DNA from: Squalus acanthias
Taxonomy: Eukaryota
Reading direction: 5' to 3'
Assembly: GCA_030390025.1 (NCBI GenBank)
Contig: CM059449.1
Span: forward strand, 34,658,001-34,722,000
DNA length: 64,000 nt
Below, in pieces: positions 25,061-37,444 of this stretch. Every line of letters begins with the position of its first letter. The first letter of the stretch is position 1. The notes below the pieces were generated by a model. That model was not told the DNA's origin. It was given only the letters and a program-made list of their open reading frames with translations, and searched no databases. A program made the translations under genes and the position numbers.

Positions 25061-27163
25061 TCGGTTCAGATAAAACGGATGCAGAAGCTTGGTAGAGTCA
25101 CGGCAGAGCACTAGGTATCGGAGGAGTAATTGGATTCACTCTGATATCAAATTTTGTTCTGTACGAATATACAATAACAGAAAAATAAAGAAATAAGTTT
25201 ACAGTTTAAAGTGCTCATAAAAAGTTTGTTGTGCTCTCAGGGAACTGTGAAGTTCAACAGAATGTTTTTTTGAGTAAGATTTACAAATGCCATGCTAATT
25301 CTTTCAGAGGAAGTGAAACTACAAGAGGAAGAGCCTCCAGACGTGAATCATTCTGGCCGTCCACAGTTATATACGTATCACAAAACCTAGGGCTCGCATT
25401 GAAAAATAATATTGTAAAATGCTGATGTCTTAATGTAGAGACTAGTAAATTAATAAAATGCCAATTTCAGCCACGGGACCATGAGAGTCTTTGGGAAAGT
25501 GGAAACATGGGAAAGTTAGACAAGTCAGTGGGACAGTCTGATTTAAAAAGACTTAAACAGTTGCTGGGAGAAATGTAATTCTACGTCTTTCCCTGGTTTG
25601 GTTTTTACACTTTCTCTCTGAATTTCCCTCTCATTCTGTGTCCTCGCCCTCCTCTAGGGGAGATGGTACCTGATGCTGAGACAGAGTTCTGCGGGTGCCT
25701 GCCTCCTCTCCCATTTCTTTGTTGAGATCACCTTTCAGGTGCGAGCCATAGAATGAGAGTAAGCAGGATATTCCACTGTGAGGGGCAGTGCAGCGCAGCA
25801 CCGACAGATCCAACATAGGTGCCCAAGGATCTTCTAGCGGCTGGTCACTCAATATCGAACAACAATGTGTACCTGGGATCTGCCAGCCCATAACACGGGG
25901 GCTAATTCTAATCCCACATCCCACCATGTCGCAGCCTTGGATGAAATAACAACCTCAACACAGGTCAGAGGGACACATCTACTCGTTGTTGGAGACGGAA
26001 AATAACAACAAAGCAACATTTTGCAATTGCCCACCTTGAAGAAATACTGTGCGTATTCACGACAAAATGTTGCAACTTGTTTCACTAACCACCCATCAAG
26101 GTTACAGTTCTGTTTACAAACAGTGAAAATGCAACCAAGAAACCACTGCTTCTGATATCACTGTTGACTTTGCCTGGCATTGCACACAAGGTGATGACCA
26201 AGTGGTAGATTTCCGTCTTCACCGCCTGGATGTTAAGCCTCGCCTGGCGGAGCGCAGAGTAAAAGGAGATGGAGAGGCTCCCACACAATTTGCAGAACCC
26301 GCCTGATTTCCCTTCTATTGAACATCTAGCACCGAGTGTATTATTCCAGTGAGGTGGGTTCGAGGCTTGGGGAAAACTGGACCAAGGCGCCCAGACATCA
26401 TTCATCTCCATCTATCTGTAATTCATGCCTTCTCTCCTTACTGATAGAAACCTTTGGTTTTACATAACTCATAGTTATATGAGAAGATTTAGGGTAATTT
26501 AGGAAGTGGAAAAATTGAGATGGTTGGAGCATTGGGTGTTTTTCCTAGAATAATTCAGTCCCATTTGAAAGCCACTACATTCGGTCTTTATTTTCGCTCA
26601 GTACTTTGACTTTATATTTTACAGTTTGGTTTTACAGCGCAGAAGCACAAAATAATGTCAGTTGAAGTGTAAAGTAAGCTGGAATAAAAAAAAATATTAA
26701 CCCACACGCCGCTGCTGCAATGACAGCCGCAGTTTAGGGCAATTTTAACCTAAATGGCTGGGCGGGATCCCACGGGGCGGGTGGAAGGCTGCGTTCCCGC
26801 TCCCGCGCAATATTACTCTCCACTGATTTCAATGGAGTGTAAAATTGGGCGCGGTGTAAAACCAGCGTTGCCCCCGATCCCGCTAGTTGCTTGGCCGGGC
26901 CGTCTAGAATAAAATTGGACCAAGTGGTCAGAAAGGATTTAATTGCCGTGATATGAACTTCACTGGCTCACAGTATTGAGCTTCAAGAAGCTGAATAGTT
27001 TATTACTCGATTCTCTGCGGCAACGAGGGCGTTTTCCGCTAGATTCAGGCAATATATTTATTGTTATCAATTATACAACATAACCCCCGGAGCGCTGTTT
27101 TAAACATATTTTTAACCGCCCGCCGTGTGTTGTCCATGACCACATGGCGCAGGCCTTGGACGG

Positions 27164-27237
27164 TGAGTCAATTTCGGTGCTGCTCACGGTTCGGGGACAG
27201 CCCTGGACAATCAGTGACGTATCTTTACTGCGATTGG
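27164..27237 (+). promoter_or_regulatory. MHC-type X1-X2-Y promoter module with upstream AP-1 site
   Basis: TGAGTCA 27164-27170; CCCTGGACAATC (X1-like) 27201-27212; TGACGT (X2/CRE) 27215-27220; ATTGG (Y box) 27233-27237; about 120 nt upstream of the ATG. Confidence 0.65.
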
Positions 27238-27352
27238 ACGGTGAGCTCCCGCACTGCCCACTTGTGAGTGAAGCTCGGCTCGGTTCATTCAAGACGCTCA
27301 GTCTTGTTCTGTCACTGGGAGAGACGGCGGGCGGACGGACGGACGGGACGGC

Positions 27353-27404
27353 ATGTTTCTGTCGCTTGTACTGAGTTTCTCCCGCCTACAAGCGGCCCTG
27401 TCTG
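27353..27404 (+). CDS. Non-classical MHC class I heavy chain, exon 1 (signal peptide)
   Basis: ggcATG TTT..., MFLSLVLSFSRLQAALS+G, donor gtgagt, phase 1; joins alpha1 as ...ALS-ESHSL. Confidence 0.8.
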
Positions 27405-29714
27405 GTGAGTAGCCGGTTCCCGCTGCATCATCGAATGTCTCCAGGCTCACCCTCTGATCTTAGACTGTAACCGGCAGGCCTGTCGGTCACATCAGGTGTT
27501 TCACACAGGGAAACTGGACAGTGTGTGCGGAAGTGAAGCGATGAAGCGGGATTGGAATCTCCATCCTACATCTCAGGCTCGCTTCTCCCTCTGCTTGGAT
27601 TAGATGATGTCCATTACTGTCCGGACAAACTGACATTACCGCTCAATTACTGTGACAGCTTGTATGTTCGCTCTGATGAGCAGGAGGGAGACGGACAGTG
27701 TGTTCCCGCTTAGCGGCTTGCGGGTACGGAAGTGTCAGTATAACTGCGAGCCCTGTCCCGACCTGACCCCCTGAGTGACCCAGAGACGAGCGGCGAGACT
27801 CCTGCAGGAAAGCGGCTCAGTCGGTTCGGGTTCACACCTGTTTCAGTGTAACTCCAGCCGGCGGGAAGCTGCATTTTAAAAGCTTCGTTCTACCTCCTGG
27901 GAACTTGGAAAACCTTTTAAAACTCCCAATAAATAGGACAATTCATTAAAAATACAGAGGGAGGGGTTCACTTTTATCACAGGGGGAAACGGGTTCCAGC
28001 GACCCGGGAACCTCTTTTACACTTTCCGACTCGCTTTAGAATGAAGCTTTGAGGCGATCCGTGCAGGTTCGGGTGAAGATTGAGCTCCCAGAGTTAACCT
28101 CTCTGTCTCTTTCACACTCACCTGCTGCATATTTGCAACATTTGCTGTTTGTAGCGGATTCCCACCATGTGCGGTTCCGTTCGGGCTCATGTTGACTCTG
28201 TGCGATGGTGGAAAGAGGGCGAGAGCGAGTCTGACGCCCGTTTTCCATCTTTCTCCCCGTTTCCCCCCTTCTATTGAGTTCAACGGTAGTAAAAATCTGG
28301 AGAGCTGTAAAAGGGACTGTCGACGGGCTATCGCCCGTTTTACTATCGCACAAAGTCAATGGAATTGATCGGCGCCTGCTGCTCACAGCCTGGAGCTGTT
28401 CGGGGTGAACACCAGAGGCAGCTTTTGGCACCTGTTACAGCTGCTGTGGAAGAAAGAGAGAAAGAAAGACTTGCCTTTCTACAGCGCCTTTCACCAACTT
28501 GGGACATCAGGTGGAAGCCGATTTAACAGGAACTGTGAAAATGGAATTGGACAAACACTTATCGGGAATACAAAAATACATGGCTATGGGGAAAGAACAG
28601 GTGAATGGGACTGATTGACTCGTGCTGCCAAAGAGCCAAACACAGGCACTATGGGCCGAATGGCCTCCGTCTGTGCTGTATCATTCCATGAATGGATGGT
28701 GTTAAAAAACAGATCAGCCATGATCTAAATGAATGGCTCGAGGGGCTGAATGGCCTCCTCCTGTACCTAAATTAATATTGGTGAAATTGGAGTTGAAATG
28801 CTGAACATGTTGGTATAACATTCCATTGCCTGTTATTTTAAGAACTTGTTTAAAACCAGTGGGATGTCCGCTGTGTTACAACAGTGGACAATAACATGTC
28901 TCACTAATATTGCCAACAGTAATTTTCGGCAGAACATGTACAGCGGTCCAGCGAGTGATTGGAGTCAATGAACAAGTGTATTTGTTGCTTGGTCTGAAAT
29001 TCCTCTTTTCACTATTTTAGCAGAGCCTTAATCTGTTCACAGCAGATAGATTTACACCGCCACTGAAAGGGAGGAGGGTTGAATTTTCAGATTGAGTAGC
29101 TTGTAAACTTTCTATCACCCAGCAGAAACACTGTAAGTTACCAGCCTGTGATTGGCCTTTCATTGACCTCAACAGGGCGTGGCTGTATTTGCCAGTGAGG
29201 TTTGCCCCTGTTCTGAGAAGGTGCAAACACAGCGTTGGAGATTGCTGCTGCTTTTAACAGCCAGCTCTATAATCGCTACCGATCAGGTTCAGTGGGAAAT
29301 ATTCTCGCCGGTGCTTTCAATTTGTGTCCCAGTCTTCCTCCAGTTTCAAGTCTTTGCCATTGACCAGTGTGTTATTTTCTAATCCAATTCTGCCCGCAGT
29401 TCCTAATGCTGGGAATAGAGCCAGAGATTCCCTCCCCAGTGACGGGAGGTGATTTCTTTCTCATTGGATAGAATGAGTTTCACTGAACGAGATAAGCACA
29501 ATAATGGGGGAGGGGTTCGGACATCTGCAAAACCTTCCCGTCTCGCTGTGCAGGGTTTTAATTGAGCGACTCGCTGAAACATGTTCCTCTTTGCTTTATG
29601 AGACTTTACCTTTTTCAAAGGGTGGTTCCTGGTAAGTCAACTGACAGGAGTTGTGCGGCTATATTCATTATTGCACGACATGACCGCCATCATGAACAAT
29701 GTATTTGACCAGTA

Positions 29715-30076
29715 TTTAGTCCGGGATACACCAACTGCCCCCATGTTTAGTCCGGGATACACCGACTGCCCGATGTTTCGTCCGGGTTACACTGACTGTT
29801 CTGTGTTTAGTCCGCGTTACACTGACTGCCTCGTGTTTAGTCCGGGATGCAATGACTGCCCCGGTGTTTATTCCCGGTTACACCGACTGCCGCATGTTTA
29901 GTCGGGGATATAATGACTGCCCCAGTGTATAGTCCGGGTTACACCGACTGCCCTCTTGTTTAGTCCGGTTTACACCGAAAGCCGGCTTGTTTAGTCCGGG
30001 TTACACTGACTGCCCTCTCGTTTAGTCCGGGTCACACTGACTGACCCAGTGTTTAGTCCGGGTCACACTGATTACC
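29715..30076. repeat. 30-31-bp minisatellite, ~12 copies, in MHC intron 1
   Basis: Unit tttagtccgggttacac(c/t)gactgccc..(a/g)tg repeated head-to-tail without spacers. Confidence 0.9.
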
Positions 30077-31939
30077 TCGGACCTTGCGAATGCCCTGGGG
30101 GAGCTCCTGTGTTGATTGAAATAGTGATGTGACGCTACGGGCTCGTGTGGCGCTGGACGCTTAAGAAACCTGCCAGAGAGTTACTGCAGCACTGAAGTAA
30201 AGTCCCTCAATCATAGATGGGGATTTGTGCGGTGAATCAGGCCGACGTGTTGCCAACGTTGGTTGGACTCATTCCATGATCTTTCATCACATGAGCTCCA
30301 GCCCAGTCAACCCGCCTTTTGTCCCCAGCTCCAATATTGTTATAATTGTGATTGTTCTGTTGTTGTTGTTATTTTTCTCCCGAGTTTCTTGCGGCGGTGT
30401 CCAAGCGGTTCATCTTTAATTCCTGGAGCCTCCGGGATAGTCCTGGAGGTTTGGTTAACCTATGCTCCTCCCGCCCGATACATAAAGTGGTGGAGACTGT
30501 ATATTTTTTGTGATCCGGCTTCATTTACATGAAATGAGCGCCAAGCCCTTTTGATTTAAAGGCAGCCTGCAGTCCCTTAAAGGGACGGTTCACTTTTCAA
30601 GGGTGGTTAATGGAGAGCGACTTACTGGAGCAGCAGTTTGCATGACCTGGTCAGCTGTCCTCCGATTCTCTGGGGCAGCGGTAGAAGCGCTTGTAGAGCA
30701 AGTTAGCTCCGGTATGGAGGATCTCGATTCTTCTAATAGGTAACGATAGGCCCGTCAAATTAGTCAGCTGCAATGACGAGATGTGGATGAGCAAGCCAAT
30801 GGCAGCAACATTGGGCATAAAGTGCACGGTACCCGAAAGCGGCTGATGGCGATCGACAGCCTGTTTTGGTCTATCGACCAATTTTCTTTTCCAATGAGTT
30901 CAATCGAATAGAAAGTCAGGTTGTAGGCAAACCTGGCTGCTGATTCGCTATCGCCCATTTCGCGCTGCCGCCCAAGACAAATTTATATTCAATTTTCCCA
31001 AGAATCTGGCTGCATTGCAGGAAGAAACTTAAAGACCTCACCAGGACCGCCAAGGTCAGACTCGGCTTCACATCTCTCTTACTGTCTGCATGGCCTCGCA
31101 CCGTCGGAAGTTAACCGCTGCACTACCAATCCTTTCCTCCCCACTTCCCATGGCTCTCCTCCAATCACAACAGACCCTTCACTACATTCCACTGTGGAAT
31201 TACCAGAAGCCCATTAACAGTTCAAAATATTCAGCAGCCAGTACAAGCATTTTAAATGGTTTAATTAGTGAAATCCCACAACATAATACAAGAAAAATGT
31301 CTCCCAAATATTTCAGCATTTTATTTGAGACCAACTGAGGATGCCTTTAATATTTGCCTCCCGATTGGTTCCATTTTGCAGGCAGGATCAGGAACTAGCG
31401 GAAAAAATGTGGGCAGAGAGGGAAATGTTGTTGAGCGCCTTGATAACGTCTTTAACCCCAATTTGCATATATTCAAGCTGCTTTTCCCCCTCTTTCGCTC
31501 AGTAAATCTGAGGCCAATTTTAATGTCGCTACAAGCAGCAGACTGGGAGCAGATCACTGCGCACGCACCAGGGCTGGATTCTGCATGGCTTAGTACCATA
31601 ATTCTGGGTGCACTTCCTCACTAATTCACCAAAGAATCCCCAGGTCAGACGTGGGACTAAAATCTTCAAGTTACGATTTACAAATGAGATGAGCTGATGT
31701 AATTTATTTCAACCTTCAGATTTTTCATTTATTTCGAAAATGGGAATATTCTTGTAATTGGATAAGATTTAATATTAAGGCTCATTTTGCCTTCTCTGCA
31801 ATGGTTTAACACGGGAGCGATGGCAAAATATCCAGTGATCTCTCATTTTTCTGAATAAATTGCTTTTTCCCAAGTTGTTTAGAAAACAGACATTTCTAAT
31901 ATTTGATATGCCAATGATATTTTTTTTATTATGTCCTAG

Positions 31940-32200
31940 AGTCTCACTCACTGCTATATTACTACAGCCTGAACCATGGGAGTGCTGATCTGCCGGAGTA
32001 TAGTATACTGGGACGATTGGATGGCTGTGAGATAGACTATTACGACAAAAATATGGAAATAACTGTTCCAAGACAGCAATGGATGGCAGAAGCATTTGAG
32101 AAGAGTTACTGGGACGAATACACAATAACTCAAGCTGGTTTCCACGGACTCATCAAGGGACAGGTTGATAGATGGTTCCAGCAGAACAACCTAACATCAA
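31940..32200 (+). CDS. MHC class I heavy chain, exon 2 (alpha1 domain)
   Basis: cctag| ... |gtgagt, 261 nt, phase 1/1; ESHSLLYYYSLNHGSADLPEYSILGRLDGCEIDYYDKNMEITVPRQQWMAEAFEKSYWDEYTITQAGFHGLIKGQVDRWFQQNNLTS with H3, Y7, D29, the PRQQWM motif, Y59-W60 and the N86 glycan site. Confidence 0.93.
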
Positions 32201-32769
32201 GTGAGTGTATTCGTTTGAATGAATGCAGCGAACGACAGGGGTCATTTAAACTTGGGGGATAGTGTAACATGAGTGATATCGAACCGCCTGATATAAACCC
32301 GCCTCATTTTCCCTTCCATTGACTTCAATACAAATGAACATAAGGCGAGTTGTATAATGGACAACTAATTGGATATCACCCATTTTACTCCCTCTTTGGA
32401 AGGTAACATTAACCCCAATGAATGATATTGGTGATACTGGGGGTGAAATTCAGTGTTGGTGAGTGTAAAATGGGCAGTAGCAGCGAGGCCGCCCTTTATA
32501 CATGCTGACTGCTTTTCCTTTCCCTTCACGTCACAGTAAAATGGGCCGGGTTGTATAACAGGCGACTTTTCCGTTGCCACCCGTTCAGCAACACTGCTTA
32601 AGTTGATTTCACATTCAACACCAGATAAAACCCGGGCGCCTGTGAATCAGCTGTTGTTTTACACCTCAATCGATTTTCTGAAAATCGGACATGGTGTACT
32701 ATTTTGGTGCACACTATAAACAAATAAACTGTAACTAAAAAAAACATTAAAGGAAACCGAACAACTTTT

Positions 32770-33167
32770 ATTAAAATTTGGTTACGGGGGTGAAGATGCA
32801 CTCAAGTCCCTCTGGTGCCCACCGGTCGCGGAAGGTCACGAGCATGCAGGCAGACACCGCGTGCTCCATCTTCAGTGCCACCCGGGCGTGAACTTGGCCG
32901 TGGGAGAGAGGCCGGCAGTCGGGCCGAACGACCTCTCGACCGCCCGCTGCCTGGACCAGTTGATGGCCTCTTTGGCCAGGAGCAGTCCTACGAGGAGATC
33001 CCCCGATCTGTCTGCTCCCCTCCGCACCGGGTGACCAAAGATCAGGAGCGTGGGACTGAAATGCAGCCAAAAATCGAGGAGCAGCCCCTTCAAATAATGG
33101 AAAAGGAGCTGCAACCTCTCACATTCGATATATACATGGAACACGGACTCCTCCAGGCTCGGACATG
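32770..33167 (-). mobile_element. L1/Tx1-clade LINE 3' fragment (ORF2 C-terminal zinc-knuckle region)
   Basis: CPSLEESVFHVYIECERLQ...LLLAKEAINWSRQRAVE; ends near an aataaa A-rich tail. Confidence 0.7.
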
Positions 33168-33355
33168 ATGTAAAGTGTGCGGCCGATTCAGCATTGGTCA
33201 TATTTCACCTTTGATAACAGTTAAAAATCCGCCCCTCCTCACCAACACCAGTGTTTATTGAATGATATTTGTATTATTACATTTAATTAATGATATTTGT
33301 GATGTTATGTGTATTTAATTGTTTTGCTGGTATTTTACATGTAAGTAATCATAAT

Positions 33356-34035
33356 GGGCTAGAAATTCGGCTCCCTGGCTTCCCTCGGGTGCAATGATCG
33401 CACGCGCACCTACCTACCTGCCTGCCATTGACCCCTGGGCCCGCGGAGGATTCGGCTCCTGGGCCTCCTCCAACTGCCGGCGCGCAGTGCTTGCCTATCC
33501 CAGGGGCGTAGTTAGTGCGACGCGTGCCCTGTGATCACGTGAGCCATGGAGAGCCAATGGCAGCAGACCATCTTTCATTCATAGATTTGACAAGAAGACC
33601 TGTCAAATCTATGAATACAGATCGGCCCCAAAACATCCCTAAAACTACAGATAAATTTAAAAAGAAACATCACGGGGCTAAAACTAAACTTACCTTTGTT
33701 TAAAGTAATTAAAAAAGATAAATCTGTGAAAAAATTGTTTAAATTTTAATAAAATCAACACTTACCTTGTTAAAAGAAGGCCTTGCGCCTGCTTTTTCAA
33801 TGTGCATCTTCTCCGTGCTTACCCTCACGGAGGATCCTGTAAAAAAAAACGATGTGCGAGGCGAACGCGCTGGCCCTCCGGCGTGCGCGTTCGACCTCTG
33901 AACCCCTTCCTTCAGGGGAACGGAAGTGCCGGTTACCCGCGTATGCGCAGTGCATGCAAGAAACCGGCACTTTCGTTCCGTCCACGGGTTAGTACACAGT
34001 GCGTACTCACCCATGGCGAGCCTAATTTCTGCCCC
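33356..34035 (+). mobile_element. MITE (related to 9932-10694)
   Basis: TIRs gggctagaaattcggctc / gagcctaatttctgcccc, flanks aat/att. Confidence 0.75.
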
Positions 34036-35032
34036 ATTATGTTTATTGGGGTAATTTTTAACTCTTCAGCAAAAGAGTAAAACGGCCAATATTGGACCGA
34101 CCGCCCGTTCTACACATCGCTCGCATTCCCTTTCAATTGGGCGAGGTTTATAACAGGCCACTGACCCGATATTGTCCGCTTTACACTATGACCACAGTTT
34201 AAAATTAACCCCCCCATTCATGGTAATATTACTTTTAATGAATGATATTAATAACACATTTATTTAATAACATTGGAAATAACCAATTAATTGAATCATA
34301 TTGGCAGTATTGTGTTTATTAAATTATATTGGCAATATTGAATTGAAGTATTATTATTCATATCATTGCATTTGCTCAGTGATATTGGTAAGCACATATT
34401 TGATATTTAATGTAGATGTGTACGTTTGAGGTTACAATGCCGTCTTATAATGCGCAGGTGGCTTATCAGAAAAGCATAATGCACTGCCCGCAGTTTTCTA
34501 TTCATTTGGAGTTAACTTTATATTTGGGCAATAGTGTAAAATGAGCGAATGCGAACTGACTACCCAATACACTCCCTGTCTGATATTCTCTTCCGTTGAC
34601 CACAATGGATATGAAAATCAGGCGGGGTGCAAAATGGGCGGACGATCCAATATCGCCCATTTTACACTCTCACCCAAATTCAAAATTACCTCCATGGAGA
34701 CAAATCCATTGTAACAAGGATGGATGATAGGGAACGTTAGCCTATGCTGTGCAATCATATATCAGTCCCCAACTTAATGTCATACATTCTGGCATGTATT
34801 CTGGCAGCTTTGGCTAATATTCTGGTAAGTTATTTATAGTTAGGTAACAACATTACTAGAAAATTGTGACGGTGAGAAGTAGAGTTGGTTTATACACGGG
34901 AGTTTTCCAGAAATATATGTTGAAGAGTTGGGCAACAAAACACTGAGGCATTATAGCGCCACCACTGGAGTGAGCGTGCAATTGCAACGGGCTGACTTTA
35001 CATCGGCAACTCCCATTTCAAATGTGGGCATA

Positions 35033-36015
35033 TAGAATCATAGAATAATACAGCACAGAAAGAAGCCATTCGGCCCATTCGTGCCTGTGCCGGATGTTTG
35101 AAAGCTATCCAATTAGACCCGCTCCCCTGCCAAATTCCCCATAGCCCTGCAACGTTGCCCCTTCAAGTATTGATCCAATTCCCTTCTGAAATTCACTATT
35201 GAATCTGCTTCCAGCATCTTCTCAGGTAATGCATTCCAGACCATAACAAATCACCGCGTTAAAAACATTCTCGTATCGGCTCTGGTACTTTTTCCAATTA
35301 CCTTAAATCTGTGTGCTCTGGTTACTGACCTCTCTGCCGCAGGAAACAATTTCTCCTTATTCACTCTATCCAAGTCCTTCATGATTTTGAACATGAATTC
35401 AGAGGAATTGATAATGGGAAGAAGTTCATAAAAAATGTGACAACAGGAAGTAAGAACCTAAGAAAATAAGAAATAAGAGCAGGAGCAGGCCATTTGGCCC
35501 CTCGAGCCTGCTCTGCCATTTAATGAGATCATGGCTGATCCGATTTTGGCCTCAATTACACTATATTGCCCGCTCCCCATAACACTTGACTCCACTGTTG
35601 CTCAAAAATCTGTCTATCTCAGCCTTGAATATATCAATTACTCAGCTTCCACAGCTCTCTGGGGTAAAGAATTCCAAAGATTCACGAACCATTGAGAGAA
35701 GAAATTCCTCTTCATCCCCGTCGTAAATGGGCGACCCCTTATTCTGAGACTGTGCCCCCTCCTTCTGGATTCCCCGACGATTGAAAACATCCTCTCAGCA
35801 TCAACCCTGTCCAACCCCCTGAAAATCTTATATTTTACAATAAGATCAACTGACATTCTTCTAAACTCCAATGAGTAAGGCCCAACCTGCTCAACCTTTC
35901 CTCAGAAGACAACACTTCCATTCCAGGAATCAACCTAGTGAACCTTCTTTGAACTGCCTCCGATGCAAGTATATCCCTCCTTAAATAAGGAACCAAAACT
36001 ATACGCGGTACATTG
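35033..36015 (-). mobile_element. Two CR1 LINE 3' fragments (35033-35392 and 35452-36015)
   Basis: atagaatcatagaa and aagaaataagagcagga tails; FFSQWFVNLWNSLPQRAVEAE, EAVQRRFTRLIPG. Confidence 0.8.
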
Positions 36016-36940
36016 TGTGGACAGGTAGTACATAACATTTCTAATATAATATAGATAGATTTATAGTTAAATACCAACATTTATTTAATTTGGAAAGCAG
36101 AGAAGTAGAATTTTTTGGAGCACAGCAGTTTCTCTGGGAAATGCAAAGCTAAGTCCGAAAGTGCCACCACCGGTGGGGAGGTGTAATTACATCATGACCA
36201 GCTTACGGTGGCAGCTTCCTTATAAAGGTGGCCATAGGAATTTATAAAGGGAAATGTTAACATAAATGTAATAGAAATGTGACAATAGGAAGTATGCTTT
36301 TGTGGACAGGAACTGCCCACAGGTGTAAGATTTTTTTAAATTTTCTACTCAATTTCCTGTGGTGTTGCATATGTGAGGGGTAATTTTAACTTTTGGTGAC
36401 AGTGTAAAATGAGCGATATTGGGTCGGCCACCCATTACACACACCGCCCAATCTTCCCTTTCATTGGGGCCATGGTGAATTGACAGCCCATTTTACATCT
36501 TTGAATTTAATAGAAGAACAATGGTTGGAGTGTAAAATAGGCTGCTGATTCGCTATGAGCCCATTTCGCACTACTGGAAAAGACCAATTTCACCTCGTCT
36601 GTATTTTGTTAAATGGGGCATTGAATATAACATCAGGGACTTGATGTTGACTTACAGGAGATATTGGTTAGGTCACTGTTGGGGTCTTTCATGCAGTTCT
36701 AAGCACCTAATATAGCAAGAATATTACAGAAGACAGCTGTTGTTTAACTTTGGTGCCAATTGTTCTCTTTCTGTGGTTTAAATTCTATGTCCCTGTGTGA
36801 TGAACCTTGTTTTAGACACTAAACTCAATTTCTACCCTTAGTAATGGAAAGAGTGACTACAAAATAACTGAAATTCTTAGATTTGGTGTGACTAGATGTG
36901 ATAATTATGTATCTATTGATTGATTCAATTTCTGTTCTAG

Positions 36941-37216
36941 GTACTCACTACATTCAAGGACTGTTTGGCTGTGAGCTGAATGATGCCAATCCTAGTGTAG
37001 GGGTTTTGAAATTCGCTTATGATGGAAGATACGCATTTAGTTTCGATAAAGACAAATTGGTTTGGACTGTACATGATCCAGTAGCTCAGACCCGCAAAGT
37101 GAAATGGGATAAGGAAACAAAGATGAACCTTTATTTCAAGAGCTTGTTAGAAAAGGACTGTGCTGATTTATGGAGGAAATACTATTCAATTGGAAAAGCA
37201 TTACTAACCAGACAAG
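36941..37216 (+). CDS. MHC class I heavy chain, exon 3 (alpha2 domain)
   Basis: ttctag| ... |gtaagt, 276 nt; STHYIQGLFGCELNDANPSVGVLKFAYDGRYAFSFDKDKLVWTVHDPVAQTRKVKWDKETKMNLYFKSLLEKDCADLWRKYYSIGKALLTRQ with H93, Q96, C101, YDG, W133, C164. Confidence 0.95.
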
Positions 37217-37444
37217 GTAAGTTCAGAAGAAACTGGGAGTAATTTTAAAGTGTGGCGATAGTGTAGAACTGGCGATATTGGATCAGCTTCCGTTACACAC
37301 CTCTTCCCATTCTCCTTCAACAGGCGGCTGATCCGATATCACCTGTTTTGCACTAGTGGCAAAAGTTAAAATGACTTTATTCATTCTATTCTGAAATATG
37401 CGACTTTTATTGAAGTAGAAAATAACTGTCGTTCTATCATGTAG

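Larger units (their letters stand above)
26700..28400. promoter_or_regulatory. CpG-rich island over the MHC class I promoter, leader exon and start of intron 1
   Basis: Visibly dense CG dinucleotides against an AT-rich, CpG-poor background. Confidence 0.6.

Noticed and set aside
29715-30076. CRISPR-like array
   Set aside because: Head-to-tail units with no unique spacers, no cas genes, vertebrate context: a minisatellite. The ORF 29653..29901 merely reads through it
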